From assembly GCA_913041095.1 (NCBI GenBank), contig CAJWIB010000001.1, positions 1 through 43,903 on the forward strand: DNA of 43,903 nt. Direction: 5' to 3'. The notes under the pieces are model-generated. The model was not told where the DNA came from. It did no database searches and worked only from the letters and a program-made list of their open reading frames with translations. The DNA comes from an uncultured Rhodospirillaceae bacterium (GTDB lineage Bacteria; Pseudomonadota; Alphaproteobacteria; Rhodospirillales; UBA2165). Below are positions 28,891-37,264 of this stretch, one piece after another; within the stretch, counting starts at the first letter, position 1, and every line of letters starts with the position of its first letter. Made by a program: the position numbers and the translations under genes.

Positions 28891-29910
28891 TTAATGGTTT
28901 TTACGCCGTTCCATAAAGCTGTAGCGGCTGTCCGAGGTCACGATGATATCAATGTCTTCACCATCGCGGCGTAAATTCAATGTAATTTCCACACCGGCAT
29001 CACCTAACGACCACAGCAACCGGTACATTGCTGGCAAACTGGGAACATCTTGATCATTAATGCCGACGATAAGATCGCCGGGTTCAACAGCCGCCGTATC
29101 AGCTGGGCCGTCGGGGATAACACCAGAGACAAATAAGCGGTCCATGGCTTCTGCCGTATATATGCCAAGCCAGGGACGCTGTGGGCCGGAGGCTATTCCT
29201 TTTGAGATCAAATCGTCATGAATCGGTTTTAATAGATCAATCGGCACGAACATATTACCCGGACTGTCTTTTCTACCTTTTTCGGAATCATTAACCCAGA
29301 GAGATCCCAAGCCGCACAACCTGCCATCGCCGCGAATAAGCGCTGCGCCACTCCAATTGGGGTGGATTGGCACAGTAAAGATTGCGCGATCCAACATATA
29401 TTCCCATGAGCCGGCAAATTCGCGGCGCGACACCACGACGGCGCTGATCGCATGATCAACCCCGCCGTAGGGAGCGATGATCACTGGTTCTTCCTCGTCT
29501 AAATCTTCTGCACCGCCAATTTCCAAAGGGGTAATGTCGAGCGGCGATAACGCATGAATAATCGCCATGCCAGACTCATGATTATAACCAACCAATTCCG
29601 CTTGTAGCAGATCGCCACTGGCGGCTTTGATCGTGATCAAGCGCGCATCAACGACCAAATAGCCGATGGTTAGCAGCAGGCCGTCATCGCTGATCAGGAT
29701 CGCATTACCTTCGCGTTCGGTGCCTAGGGTTTGGGCGCTAAAGGCATCTTCGGGAACTTCTGAAGTGAGACGAACGACCGATGACAATGCTTGCCCGAGA
29801 TCAAAATTAAGTTCTTCCTGTCTCGGGTGAGGAGCCAGTTTTAACGAAGGATCTAAAAGGTGGAGAAGACCACTCGGGCGGTGTCCATTAACGCGTTTTA
29901 TTCCCGACAT
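28891..29910 (-). CDS. S1C (DegP/HtrA-like) trypsin-fold plus PDZ protein, apparently lacking catalytic His and Asp
   Basis: 339 aa. The layout is a trypsin-like domain followed by a PDZ domain (GVIPDGPADTAAVEPGDLIVGIND). TIGYLV replaces the usual TNxHVV, SGMAII replaces D(L/I)A(L/V)L, and the Ser motif is NWSGAAL. I see no signal peptide. Confidence 0.65.
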   Translation of the reverse strand: MSGIKRVNGHRPSGLLHLLDPSLKLAPHPRQEELNFDLGQALSSVVRLTSEVPEDAFSAQTLGTEREGNAILISDDGLLLTIGYLVVDARLITIKAASGDLLQAELVGYNHESGMAIIHALSPLDITPLEIGGAEDLDEEEPVIIAPYGGVDHAISAVVVSRREFAGSWEYMLDRAIFTVPIHPNWSGAALIRGDGRLCGLGSLWVNDSEKGRKDSPGNMFVPIDLLKPIHDDLISKGIASGPQRPWLGIYTAEAMDRLFVSGVIPDGPADTAAVEPGDLIVGINDQDVPSLPAMYRLLWSLGDAGVEITLNLRRDGEDIDIIVTSDSRYSFMERRKNH

Positions 29911-29966
29911 TCCTTAATCTTTTCATTTCAAATCTAGTCGAACAATGAATTTAGTCTAACAGGCTC

Positions 29967-30884
29967 TCAACTGAGTGGCGAGGGTGAAGGCCCCGGTTTA
30001 TTCAACCGTGATTCTCGATGCGCGATGTAGGTTGATGCCGAGACAATAATTGCCGCCCCAATCCAAGTCCAGAGACCTGGAAATTCGCTAAAGACGAAAA
30101 AGCCGATAAGGGCGGCCCAGATAAGCCGGGTAAAAACAAGCGGCTCCAAAGCGCTAACTTCGCTATATTTGAAGGCCTGCACCATAGTCAAGTGTGCCAT
30201 GGCGACAAACACGCCGGTTCCGGCCAGCCAGGCCAGTTGCTCCAGGTTCGGCGTGCGCCAGACAAAAAGTGCTAGGCAAAAAGAAATTGGGGTCTGCAAA
30301 ATAGCGACCAAGGCACTGCAGGTGACGGCACTGTCAGTACGAGATAAATACTTGGCGAAAAGTTTAGTTCCGGCACTGCTGGCGGCAGATAGAATGACAA
30401 ATATGAAGCCGATGCTTACCACCGCAAATCCTGGCCGAATAATAACCAAGGCACCAATAATACCAACTCCGAGAGCGATCCATCGGCGTTGGCGGATTTT
30501 CTCACCGAGAAACAACATCGCGCCGACGGTCACAAAAAGTGGTCCGATCAATCCCAAGGCGACTGCATCGGCAAGAGGCACCAAAGACAATGCGGTGTAC
30601 CAGGTTATTAATGCACCAGCGTTGAAACAGGCGCGGACTATATGGAGTGGGAGCTTAGTTGTCTTAAGCGGCGTCAAGCCGATCTTAAAAAACCACGGAA
30701 TATAAAACAACGCTGAAAATAAGTTGGAGAAAAAAGCGATCTCAAATGGGTGAAGTTCCGGGCCAATGTGGCGGACAATACCGTGAGAGGAAATGAAGAA
30801 CAAATTGCTGAAAATTGTCAAGCCGGCAGCAAGTAAGTAGGTCGTGGACAACGCAATTCCGTGCGAGGAGGCAGGTTGGTTCAT
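29967..30884 (-). CDS. DMT superfamily (EamA-type) transporter
   Basis: About 305 aa from MNQPASSHG.., with ten hydrophobic segments in two EamA-like halves. The longer track ORF (start 30938) is less likely. Confidence 0.75.
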   Translation of the reverse strand: MNQPASSHGIALSTTYLLAAGLTIFSNLFFISSHGIVRHIGPELHPFEIAFFSNLFSALFYIPWFFKIGLTPLKTTKLPLHIVRACFNAGALITWYTALSLVPLADAVALGLIGPLFVTVGAMLFLGEKIRQRRWIALGVGIIGALVIIRPGFAVVSIGFIFVILSAASSAGTKLFAKYLSRTDSAVTCSALVAILQTPISFCLALFVWRTPNLEQLAWLAGTGVFVAMAHLTMVQAFKYSEVSALEPLVFTRLIWAALIGFFVFSEFPGLWTWIGAAIIVSASTYIAHRESRLNKPGPSPSPLS

Positions 30885-30995
30885 CAATAAAACTCGTGGA
30901 TATTTACGAGATTTGAGCCTAACAGCAGGGTGATACATTTGAAAGGCGACATCGGAAGATGTCGCCTTACCTATGAATTTTAAATTTGAAAGTGG

Positions 30996-31290
30996 CTAAA
31001 AATCTACAATAACACCAACCATGAAGTTGTGGCTGGCATAGATACTTTCGAACGGCGTTCCGCTGACATCGGAAAATTTAGGGTCTTGAGTTTCGAAATA
31101 GTGGTAACCAATTTCTATTTTGGTTCGATCATTGAGATCAAAAGTGATACCGTCGCGGACTTATAGTGCAAATACCCAATCCATATCATCGGCAACAGCG
31201 CTTTCAGTTGTGCTAAAATCGCTCAAGAATAGTCCAGCTATACCAATACCACCCATCAGAAAAGGTGTTACGCGGGTCGAGTTGGCGCAT
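30996..31290 (-). pseudogene. Outer-membrane beta-barrel (OmpA-like/OMP_b-brl) C-terminal stump with in-frame TAA at 31161-31163
   Basis: The reverse translation is ..VTPFLMGGIGIAGLFLSDFSTTESAVADDMDWVFAL*VRDGITFDLNDRTKIEIGYHYFETQDPKFSDVSGTPFESIYASHNFMVGVIVDF*. It has alternating beta-strand patterns and the terminal aromatic (..VDF) typical of OMP barrels. There is no start, signal peptide or N-terminal half. Confidence 0.65.
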
Positions 31291-31370
31291 GACGAGTGGT
31301 TGGGATTCTCTTCTTTTTAACCGCAAACAAACAAAAATATGATCAAGCAGTACTAATTGGGTGTCTAGCC

Positions 31371-31709
31371 TTACTTCGGCGTATGGGTATAGAGCACAGC
31401 CCGGGGGCGCGATGCCGCCTCGATGGCGAGGTCACTGGTCAGGCCAAAATACATGCACGCGGTTTGGCAATGTTTGACGCAGCTTGGCCGTTCACCGTCA
31501 GCCTGGCGGCCCATGCAGAGATCACACAAATCGGTGAGAAACGGTATACAATCGATCTTTACCTTGCCGTTGGCCAGTTTGTATTCGTACTCAGTGACTT
31601 TGATACCGTTAAGGCCGACCGGATAATCATGTTCCTGCTGGCAAGCAACTTCACACGTGTGACAGCCGGTACAGAAGTCCGTGTCAATTAAGATACCGTA
31701 TTTAGCCAT
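31371..31709 (-). CDS. 4Fe-4S dicluster mini-ferredoxin, small subunit of Mo/W oxidoreductase (locus B)
   Basis: 112 aa. It has CTGCHTCEVAC and CDLC-x11-C-x3-C-x3-C and is a clear paralogue of 15595-15924. It starts 2 nt after the large-subunit stop. Confidence 0.8.
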   Translation of the reverse strand: MAKYGILIDTDFCTGCHTCEVACQQEHDYPVGLNGIKVTEYEYKLANGKVKIDCIPFLTDLCDLCMGRQADGERPSCVKHCQTACMYFGLTSDLAIEAASRPRAVLYTHTPK

Positions 31710-31711
31710 GG

Positions 31712-33949
31712 TTACGCACCCCCTTCGGTGATCTTGGCGAGGCGCACTAATGTGGTTTTATACTGACCGCCGCCAAAGCCTGATTTGCTGGCCTGAGGTC
31801 CGGGGATGATCTGATTGACCTGATAATCCCAGACGTTGAATAAATTGGGCTCAGCCCCCTCGGCTTCGGGCTTAAACCAGCCATGCAAGGTTTGCACATG
31901 GTTCGGTTTGACTTTGAGAGAGATTACGGCTTTGCGCTTGATATGGCCCATGTCATTTTCGAGATGTACCCATTCACCGTCATAGATATTGTACTCTTTT
32001 GCCGTGTCGGGATGAATTTCGACTGTCGGGTCGGGCTCTTTTTCACGCAGCCAGGGGATTTGGCGATGCTCCGAATGGAAAAACAAATTGGAGCGGGCGC
32101 CGGTGATCATCACCAGGGGATACTTTTTGAACAAGTCCGGCGTAGACGCTTCGCTTTGCGGCGGCTCGGTATAGAAGGGCAGGGGATCCATGCCCCATTC
32201 CTCAAAGGATTTGTTATAGATCTCAACCTTCCCCGACGGCGTGTTGAAGCCGGGCTTACCATCGGCTCGTAAATGACCTTTCTCGTAGCGCCGGTATGGC
32301 CGGCCCGGGCCTTCCGGAGACATCGCCCAACCGCCCTTGGCTTCTAAATCTTCGAAAGTCATACCGGAGGGCTCCATCCGTTCATCAAAGTAATCAATGA
32401 CCGTGGCCCAGCGTTGCAGACCTTCCGGATTGAAGCGTTTGGCGAGTTCGAAATTGATCTCCCAGTCTGAGCGGCATTCGCCGACTTGGACGCGTTTTTT
32501 GATGCTGTCCATCGGGGTCCACCAGGAGCGGAAACTGTTTTTCTCCGGGAAGGTTGCCGCCGGCAGAATTATATCAGCCAAGGCCATGGTCGTCGGGTTA
32601 TGGAACAGATCAACAATGGCAACGAAGTCGAGTTTTTTCATTGCATCGTAGTGGAATTTGGCGCGGGCGGCCTGACCACCAATGACATTGGCGGTTTGAA
32701 TCCAAGCCCCTTTGATTGGATAGGGATCACCGGTTTCAATCTGCTCGATGGTGACATCGGGTGAGGCCCAGCCGCGGAAATGCTTATACATCGGATAGAC
32801 ATCAGCACCGATCCGTTTCTCATTCATGCGGGTGATCAGATCTTTGCCGTAAAGCTCGATTAGTTCTTCCGAGGAAAATGGATAAGCAGTAACGCCGAAG
32901 GCCGGTTTGGCGATGACCTGGCCGCCCGGAATATCGATATTGCCGGTAACCGTCCAGAGGCACGAAATAGCGTGGGCGACCGCGGTGCCGTCCGGGCACA
33001 TATCAATCGGGACACCCCATTGAATGGCCGCTTGTTTGGCATTGGCGTATGCGCGGGCCGCTGCTTGAATGTCTGCGGCGGGGATTTCCGTGATCGCCGC
33101 GACTTTATCAACCGGGTATTCGGCGGCGCGTTCTTTGATCGCATCAAAGCCATCAACCCACTTTTCGACAAAGTCTTTGTCATATATTTCTTCTTCAATG
33201 ATGATGTTGAGCATACCGAGCGCCAGGGCGCCATCGGTGCCGGGGCGAATTTGTAGATGATATTCTGCCCGGGTCGACATCCAGGTATTGCGCGGATCGA
33301 CTGAGATAATTTTGGAGCCGCGCTGCATGCAATCGACAATCCACGGGCCATAAAAACCATCGGGACAGGTGTTAGGCGGATTTTGACCCCAGACGATGAT
33401 GTATTCAGGAGCTTCCCATTCCGGGTCTTCATAGCGCTTTTCGAGGAATTGTGAACAATCGGCGACAGCGAATTCGCCGAGGGTGGTTTTCATCGCGCCC
33501 AGGCGCGGGGTATAACAGGAATGGCCGGAAAGACCGAGCTGCACCCAGTTGGGACTGCCGTAACTATAGGCCAGGAAGGTGATCGGCCCACCGATATCCC
33601 GGCCGGTGCCTTGCACGAAGATCACCGATTCCGCGCCGTGTTCGTCGCGGATTTTACCCATGCGCTCTTCGCAGATGTCAAGCGCTTCATCCCAAGAGAT
33701 TGGCTCGAATTTGCCTTCACCACGTTCGCCAACCCGGATCTGCGGCTGAGTGATGCGATCCTCATGATAGACGTATTGGGTCATCGCCAGGGCGCGGGGA
33801 CAGGAGCGTCCCTGATTCCAGGGATGATCTTCGTTGCCTTCTACCTTGACGAGCCTGCCATCCTCAACAAAGAGGTTTTGACCGCAGCCACCGTGACATC
33901 CAGTACCGGCGGACCATGCTGTTGTTGGATATACGTCTATCTTTCCCAT
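31712..33949 (-). CDS. Molybdopterin (bis-MGD) oxidoreductase large subunit, cytoplasmic (locus B)
   Basis: 745 aa, collinear with 15939-18191. The N-terminal blocks are TAWSAGTGCHGGCG (B) against GAWSGGPGCHGGCG (A). Other shared blocks are QIRPGTDGALALGMLN and HSEHRQIPWLR. There is no RR leader. Confidence 0.8.
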   Translation of the reverse strand: MGKIDVYPTTAWSAGTGCHGGCGQNLFVEDGRLVKVEGNEDHPWNQGRSCPRALAMTQYVYHEDRITQPQIRVGERGEGKFEPISWDEALDICEERMGKIRDEHGAESVIFVQGTGRDIGGPITFLAYSYGSPNWVQLGLSGHSCYTPRLGAMKTTLGEFAVADCSQFLEKRYEDPEWEAPEYIIVWGQNPPNTCPDGFYGPWIVDCMQRGSKIISVDPRNTWMSTRAEYHLQIRPGTDGALALGMLNIIIEEEIYDKDFVEKWVDGFDAIKERAAEYPVDKVAAITEIPAADIQAAARAYANAKQAAIQWGVPIDMCPDGTAVAHAISCLWTVTGNIDIPGGQVIAKPAFGVTAYPFSSEELIELYGKDLITRMNEKRIGADVYPMYKHFRGWASPDVTIEQIETGDPYPIKGAWIQTANVIGGQAARAKFHYDAMKKLDFVAIVDLFHNPTTMALADIILPAATFPEKNSFRSWWTPMDSIKKRVQVGECRSDWEINFELAKRFNPEGLQRWATVIDYFDERMEPSGMTFEDLEAKGGWAMSPEGPGRPYRRYEKGHLRADGKPGFNTPSGKVEIYNKSFEEWGMDPLPFYTEPPQSEASTPDLFKKYPLVMITGARSNLFFHSEHRQIPWLREKEPDPTVEIHPDTAKEYNIYDGEWVHLENDMGHIKRKAVISLKVKPNHVQTLHGWFKPEAEGAEPNLFNVWDYQVNQIIPGPQASKSGFGGGQYKTTLVRLAKITEGGA

Positions 33950-34196
33950 AACACAAAACCTTCATCTAAATCACAGATTTCTTTATTTAATTATCTAATT
34001 TACCAAGCTATCAAAAAGCTAATTAGTTAGACAAACTGTTTTTTGCCATTAATCGGAAATTCAGCCTTTTAACATGAGGTCAGGCTTGGTAAGTCCTATC
34101 GAGAGAATTTGGAGGGGTGATGCAGCCAAATTCCAGGAGCCCGAAATTCTCGAGTAAAAGTCATAATAAAAGCCAGTTTCGGCAGAAGGGGAATTC

Positions 34197-35861
34197 ATGT
34201 CACGGGCCGCAGACATATTAGTTCAAACCTTAATAGCGCATGGCGTTGATCGCGTTTTTTGTGTGCCGGGGGAAAGTTATCTCGCTGTCATTGATGCTAT
34301 GTATGATGCGCCGGAAATTGATGTGGTGACAACACGCCATGAAGGCGGCGCCGGGTTTATGGCGGTCGCCGATGCCAAGATGACGAGCCAGCCGGGTGTA
34401 GCCATGGTCAGCCGCGGTCCCGGTGCGACCAATGTTTCAATTGGCGTACATGTGGCGCAACAGGATGCCGTGCCGATGGTGCTGTTCGTCGGCCAAGTCG
34501 CCCGAGCTGATTTAGGTCGCAGCGCTTTTCAGGAAGTAAATTACAGCCAGACCTTTGGTGATATGGCGAAATGGGTGATTGAAGTTCATGACGCCGACAA
34601 ACTAGCTGAAAATGTGCGCCGGGCTTTTACCATCGCGCGGTCAGGCATTCCGGGACCGGTGGTGGTTTCCCTGCCGGAAGATATGCTGCTAGATGAAACC
34701 GATACACCGGCATTAGGGCCAACCAAGATTGCCCAACCACTGACCGATGCCGGTGATATCATCGAGCTTTGCGATATGCTGCGCGCAGCGGAACGCCCCT
34801 TAATTATTGCCGGTGGTCAGGTCGGCGGTGAGCTTGGTCGCCAAGCTTTGAGGACGGTAAGCGAAGTCTGGAGTATTCCGGTGGCGGTTGCCTGGCGGCA
34901 CCAGGATATTTTTGATGTCGCCCACCCGAATTTTGCCTGTCACTTGGCGTTTAATATGCCGTCATTGTTTAAAGAAACCCTCAATGAGGCCGATCTGGTG
35001 GTTGCTATAGGCACGCGCCTCGGCGATGTCGTCACTCAAGGCTATAAAATCCCGGAGGCGCCTCAGCCCAAGCAAAAACTGGTGCATGTATATAATGACG
35101 TCGCGCCGATCGGCAATGTCTTCGAAACTGATCTTGGGATTGTCGCCGATGCGACCGAGACTTTGCTGGCGGTTGCGCAGGCGAACGCGCTAGAAGCACC
35201 GGAAGGCCGGGCCGATTGGCTCAAGAAAACCCACGCTTTAAGTGCCGATAAAATGAAGTGGGAGATGGCCGAGGCTGATGATGGTGTGCCGTTCGGCAAT
35301 GTTGTCGCCCATCTGCGTGATATCGTCGAGGATGATGCCATCACGTCGATTGATGCCGGTAATTTTTCGACCTTCGTCCATCGTTTATTTGATTACAAAA
35401 CCACCCATACACAATTGGCAGCGGTCGCGGGCGCGATGGGGATGGGGGTGCCGTCGGCAGTGGCCGGGGCTCTCCGCGCCCCTGGTCGTCAGGTGATTTG
35501 CTTTGTCGGCGATGGTGGCTATCAGATGACCGGAAATGAGATATCCGTGGCGGTTGAGCGTAATTTGCCGATCCGTATATTTGTCTCGAATAATAGCAGC
35601 CTCGGCACCATCCGGCTCTATCAGGAGAAATCTTATCCGGATCGGACCTTGGCAACCAATATGACCAATCCGGACTTTGCCAAGATCGCCAAGGCTTATG
35701 GAGCCAAAGGCTTCAAGATCGAGACCAATGACGATATTGCGCCAGTGATTAAAAAAGCCTTTAAGGTTGATGGTCCGGCTTTAATAGAGGTTAATGCCAG
35801 CCTCGAATATTTGGCCGCCTATATCAATATGTCACAAATTCGCGACGTTCATAAAAAATAG
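34197..35861 (+). CDS. Thiamine-pyrophosphate-dependent enzyme (acetolactate synthase large-subunit-like)
   Basis: 554 aa. It has an N-terminal TPP-pyrimidine domain (VFCVPGESYL.., RHEGGAGFMA) and a C-terminal GDGGYQMTGNEISVAVERNLPIRIFVSNN (GDG-x24-NN TPP motif). Confidence 0.8.
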   Translation: MSRAADILVQTLIAHGVDRVFCVPGESYLAVIDAMYDAPEIDVVTTRHEGGAGFMAVADAKMTSQPGVAMVSRGPGATNVSIGVHVAQQDAVPMVLFVGQVARADLGRSAFQEVNYSQTFGDMAKWVIEVHDADKLAENVRRAFTIARSGIPGPVVVSLPEDMLLDETDTPALGPTKIAQPLTDAGDIIELCDMLRAAERPLIIAGGQVGGELGRQALRTVSEVWSIPVAVAWRHQDIFDVAHPNFACHLAFNMPSLFKETLNEADLVVAIGTRLGDVVTQGYKIPEAPQPKQKLVHVYNDVAPIGNVFETDLGIVADATETLLAVAQANALEAPEGRADWLKKTHALSADKMKWEMAEADDGVPFGNVVAHLRDIVEDDAITSIDAGNFSTFVHRLFDYKTTHTQLAAVAGAMGMGVPSAVAGALRAPGRQVICFVGDGGYQMTGNEISVAVERNLPIRIFVSNNSSLGTIRLYQEKSYPDRTLATNMTNPDFAKIAKAYGAKGFKIETNDDIAPVIKKAFKVDGPALIEVNASLEYLAAYINMSQIRDVHKK

Positions 35862-35881
35862 ATGGCGATATAGGGGGCAGT

Positions 35882-36883
35882 ATGAAGTTTGGCATATTCG
35901 ATCACGTCGACCGGGGCACTGCCCCGCTCAATGAATTCTATGAAGACCGGTTAAAGCTCGCCGAGAAATACGATCAAGCTGGTTTTTATGCCTATCATAC
36001 CGCCGAGCACCATGCGACGACCTTGGGCATGGCGTCGTCGCCGAGCGTTTATTTGTCAGCCGTCGCCCAACGCACCAAACGCTTGCGCTTTGGCCCGCTA
36101 GTCTACGTCTTGCCGCAATATCATCCGGTTCGCTTGTATGAAGAAATTTGCATGCTCGATCAAATGAGCGGCGGGCGGCTCGAAGTCGGCGTCGGCAAGG
36201 GGATTTCATCGATTGAATCTTCTTATTACGGGCTCGATCCGGAAGAAGTAACTGCGATGTATCAGGAATATTATCAGTTCTTGCTGGCGGCGATGAAATC
36301 CGATGAAGTTACTTTTGTGGGTAAGTATTTCAGTGTTGATCATATGCCGATTGAAATGAAGCCGCTGCAGCAACCCCATCCGCCGCTCTGGAACGGTTTC
36401 GGCAATCCTAATGCAACTGCGTGGCCGGCGGAGAATGCCATCAACATTATCAGCAATCATAATGCTGAAACCATGCGGACAATCACCGACGCCTACCGCG
36501 CGGAATGGCACCGGCTGGGCCGTGATCTTGATGATATTCCCATGATGGGGATGACCCGCTTTCTAGTTATTGCTGGTACCGATGATGCGGCGTTGGCGAT
36601 TGCCCGCCGCATTTATCCGATCTGGTATGCGAGCTTTATGAAGCTCTGGTGGCGGCATGATAAAATTCCGCCGCTGGCTGTCTATACTGAAGATTTTGAC
36701 GGTGTCGTCGCGAGCGGGCTGGCGATCGCCGGCAGTGCCAAGACCGTGCATGATATCCTCACCGATCATATTGAAGATGGTGGTATAAATTATTTTGTCT
36801 GCCGCTTTGCCTTCGGTAATATAACTTACCAAGAAGCCGCCTATTCCATCGACGCCTTTAACGAGATGTTTTTATCTAACTAA
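35882..36883 (+). CDS. LLM-class (luciferase-like) flavin-dependent oxidoreductase
   Basis: 333 aa. It begins MKFGIFDH.. and has the bacterial luciferase-like TIM-barrel pattern. It lies 20 nt downstream of the TPP enzyme gene. Confidence 0.75.
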   Translation: MKFGIFDHVDRGTAPLNEFYEDRLKLAEKYDQAGFYAYHTAEHHATTLGMASSPSVYLSAVAQRTKRLRFGPLVYVLPQYHPVRLYEEICMLDQMSGGRLEVGVGKGISSIESSYYGLDPEEVTAMYQEYYQFLLAAMKSDEVTFVGKYFSVDHMPIEMKPLQQPHPPLWNGFGNPNATAWPAENAINIISNHNAETMRTITDAYRAEWHRLGRDLDDIPMMGMTRFLVIAGTDDAALAIARRIYPIWYASFMKLWWRHDKIPPLAVYTEDFDGVVASGLAIAGSAKTVHDILTDHIEDGGINYFVCRFAFGNITYQEAAYSIDAFNEMFLSN

Positions 36884-36889
36884 TTTCTT

Positions 36890-36967
36890 ATTTCGGTGAC
36901 AATTTACTTTTTTCTATTATTCTCAGGTCGCAATTCTAATTCAGAAAAAGTAAACTGTCACCGAAAT
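36890..36967. repeat. Long inverted repeat (23-nt arms, 1 mismatch, about 31-nt loop) just after the LLM gene stop
   Basis: ATTTCGGTGACAATTTACTTTTT (36890-36912) pairs with AAAAAGTAAACTGTCACCGAAAT (36945-36967). Confidence 0.8.
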
Positions 36968-37010
36968 ACCCGCATGACGGAGAGAGGAATAAAAGAGCTA
37001 TAAAAAAACT

Positions 37011-37264
37011 TGTCATACCTGGGCTCGACCCGGGTATCCATCTTCAAGATTTCAATTCACCACGAAGGTCACGAAGCACACGAAAAAAAAGTAACGACCG
37101 AAGATACAGAGAACACTGAGGAATTGTTTTTGGCTGTAAGCCGATATCAGACTGACCTCATGCCATCATTCTGGCGAAAGCCAGAATCCAGTTCAGGCTA
37201 CGCGGTAAACTGGACCCCGGACCTGCCTGTGCGTAGCTTCGGCAAAGGCAGGTCAAGTCCGGGG
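37011..37264. repeat. Cluster of REP-like palindromic elements
   Basis: The cluster has four elements. ATACCTGGG-ctcga-CCCGGGTAT lies at 37015-37037. TTCACCACGAAGGTCACGAAGCACACGAA lies at 37056-37084. ATTCTGGC-GAAA-GCCAGAAT lies at 37168-37187. The nested hairpin CCCCGGAC-CTGCCT...AGGCAG-gtcaa-GTCCGGGG lies at 37215-37264. The spurious track ORF 37010-37267 (HHEGHEAHEK.. RKPESS..) is simply their translation. Confidence 0.75.
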
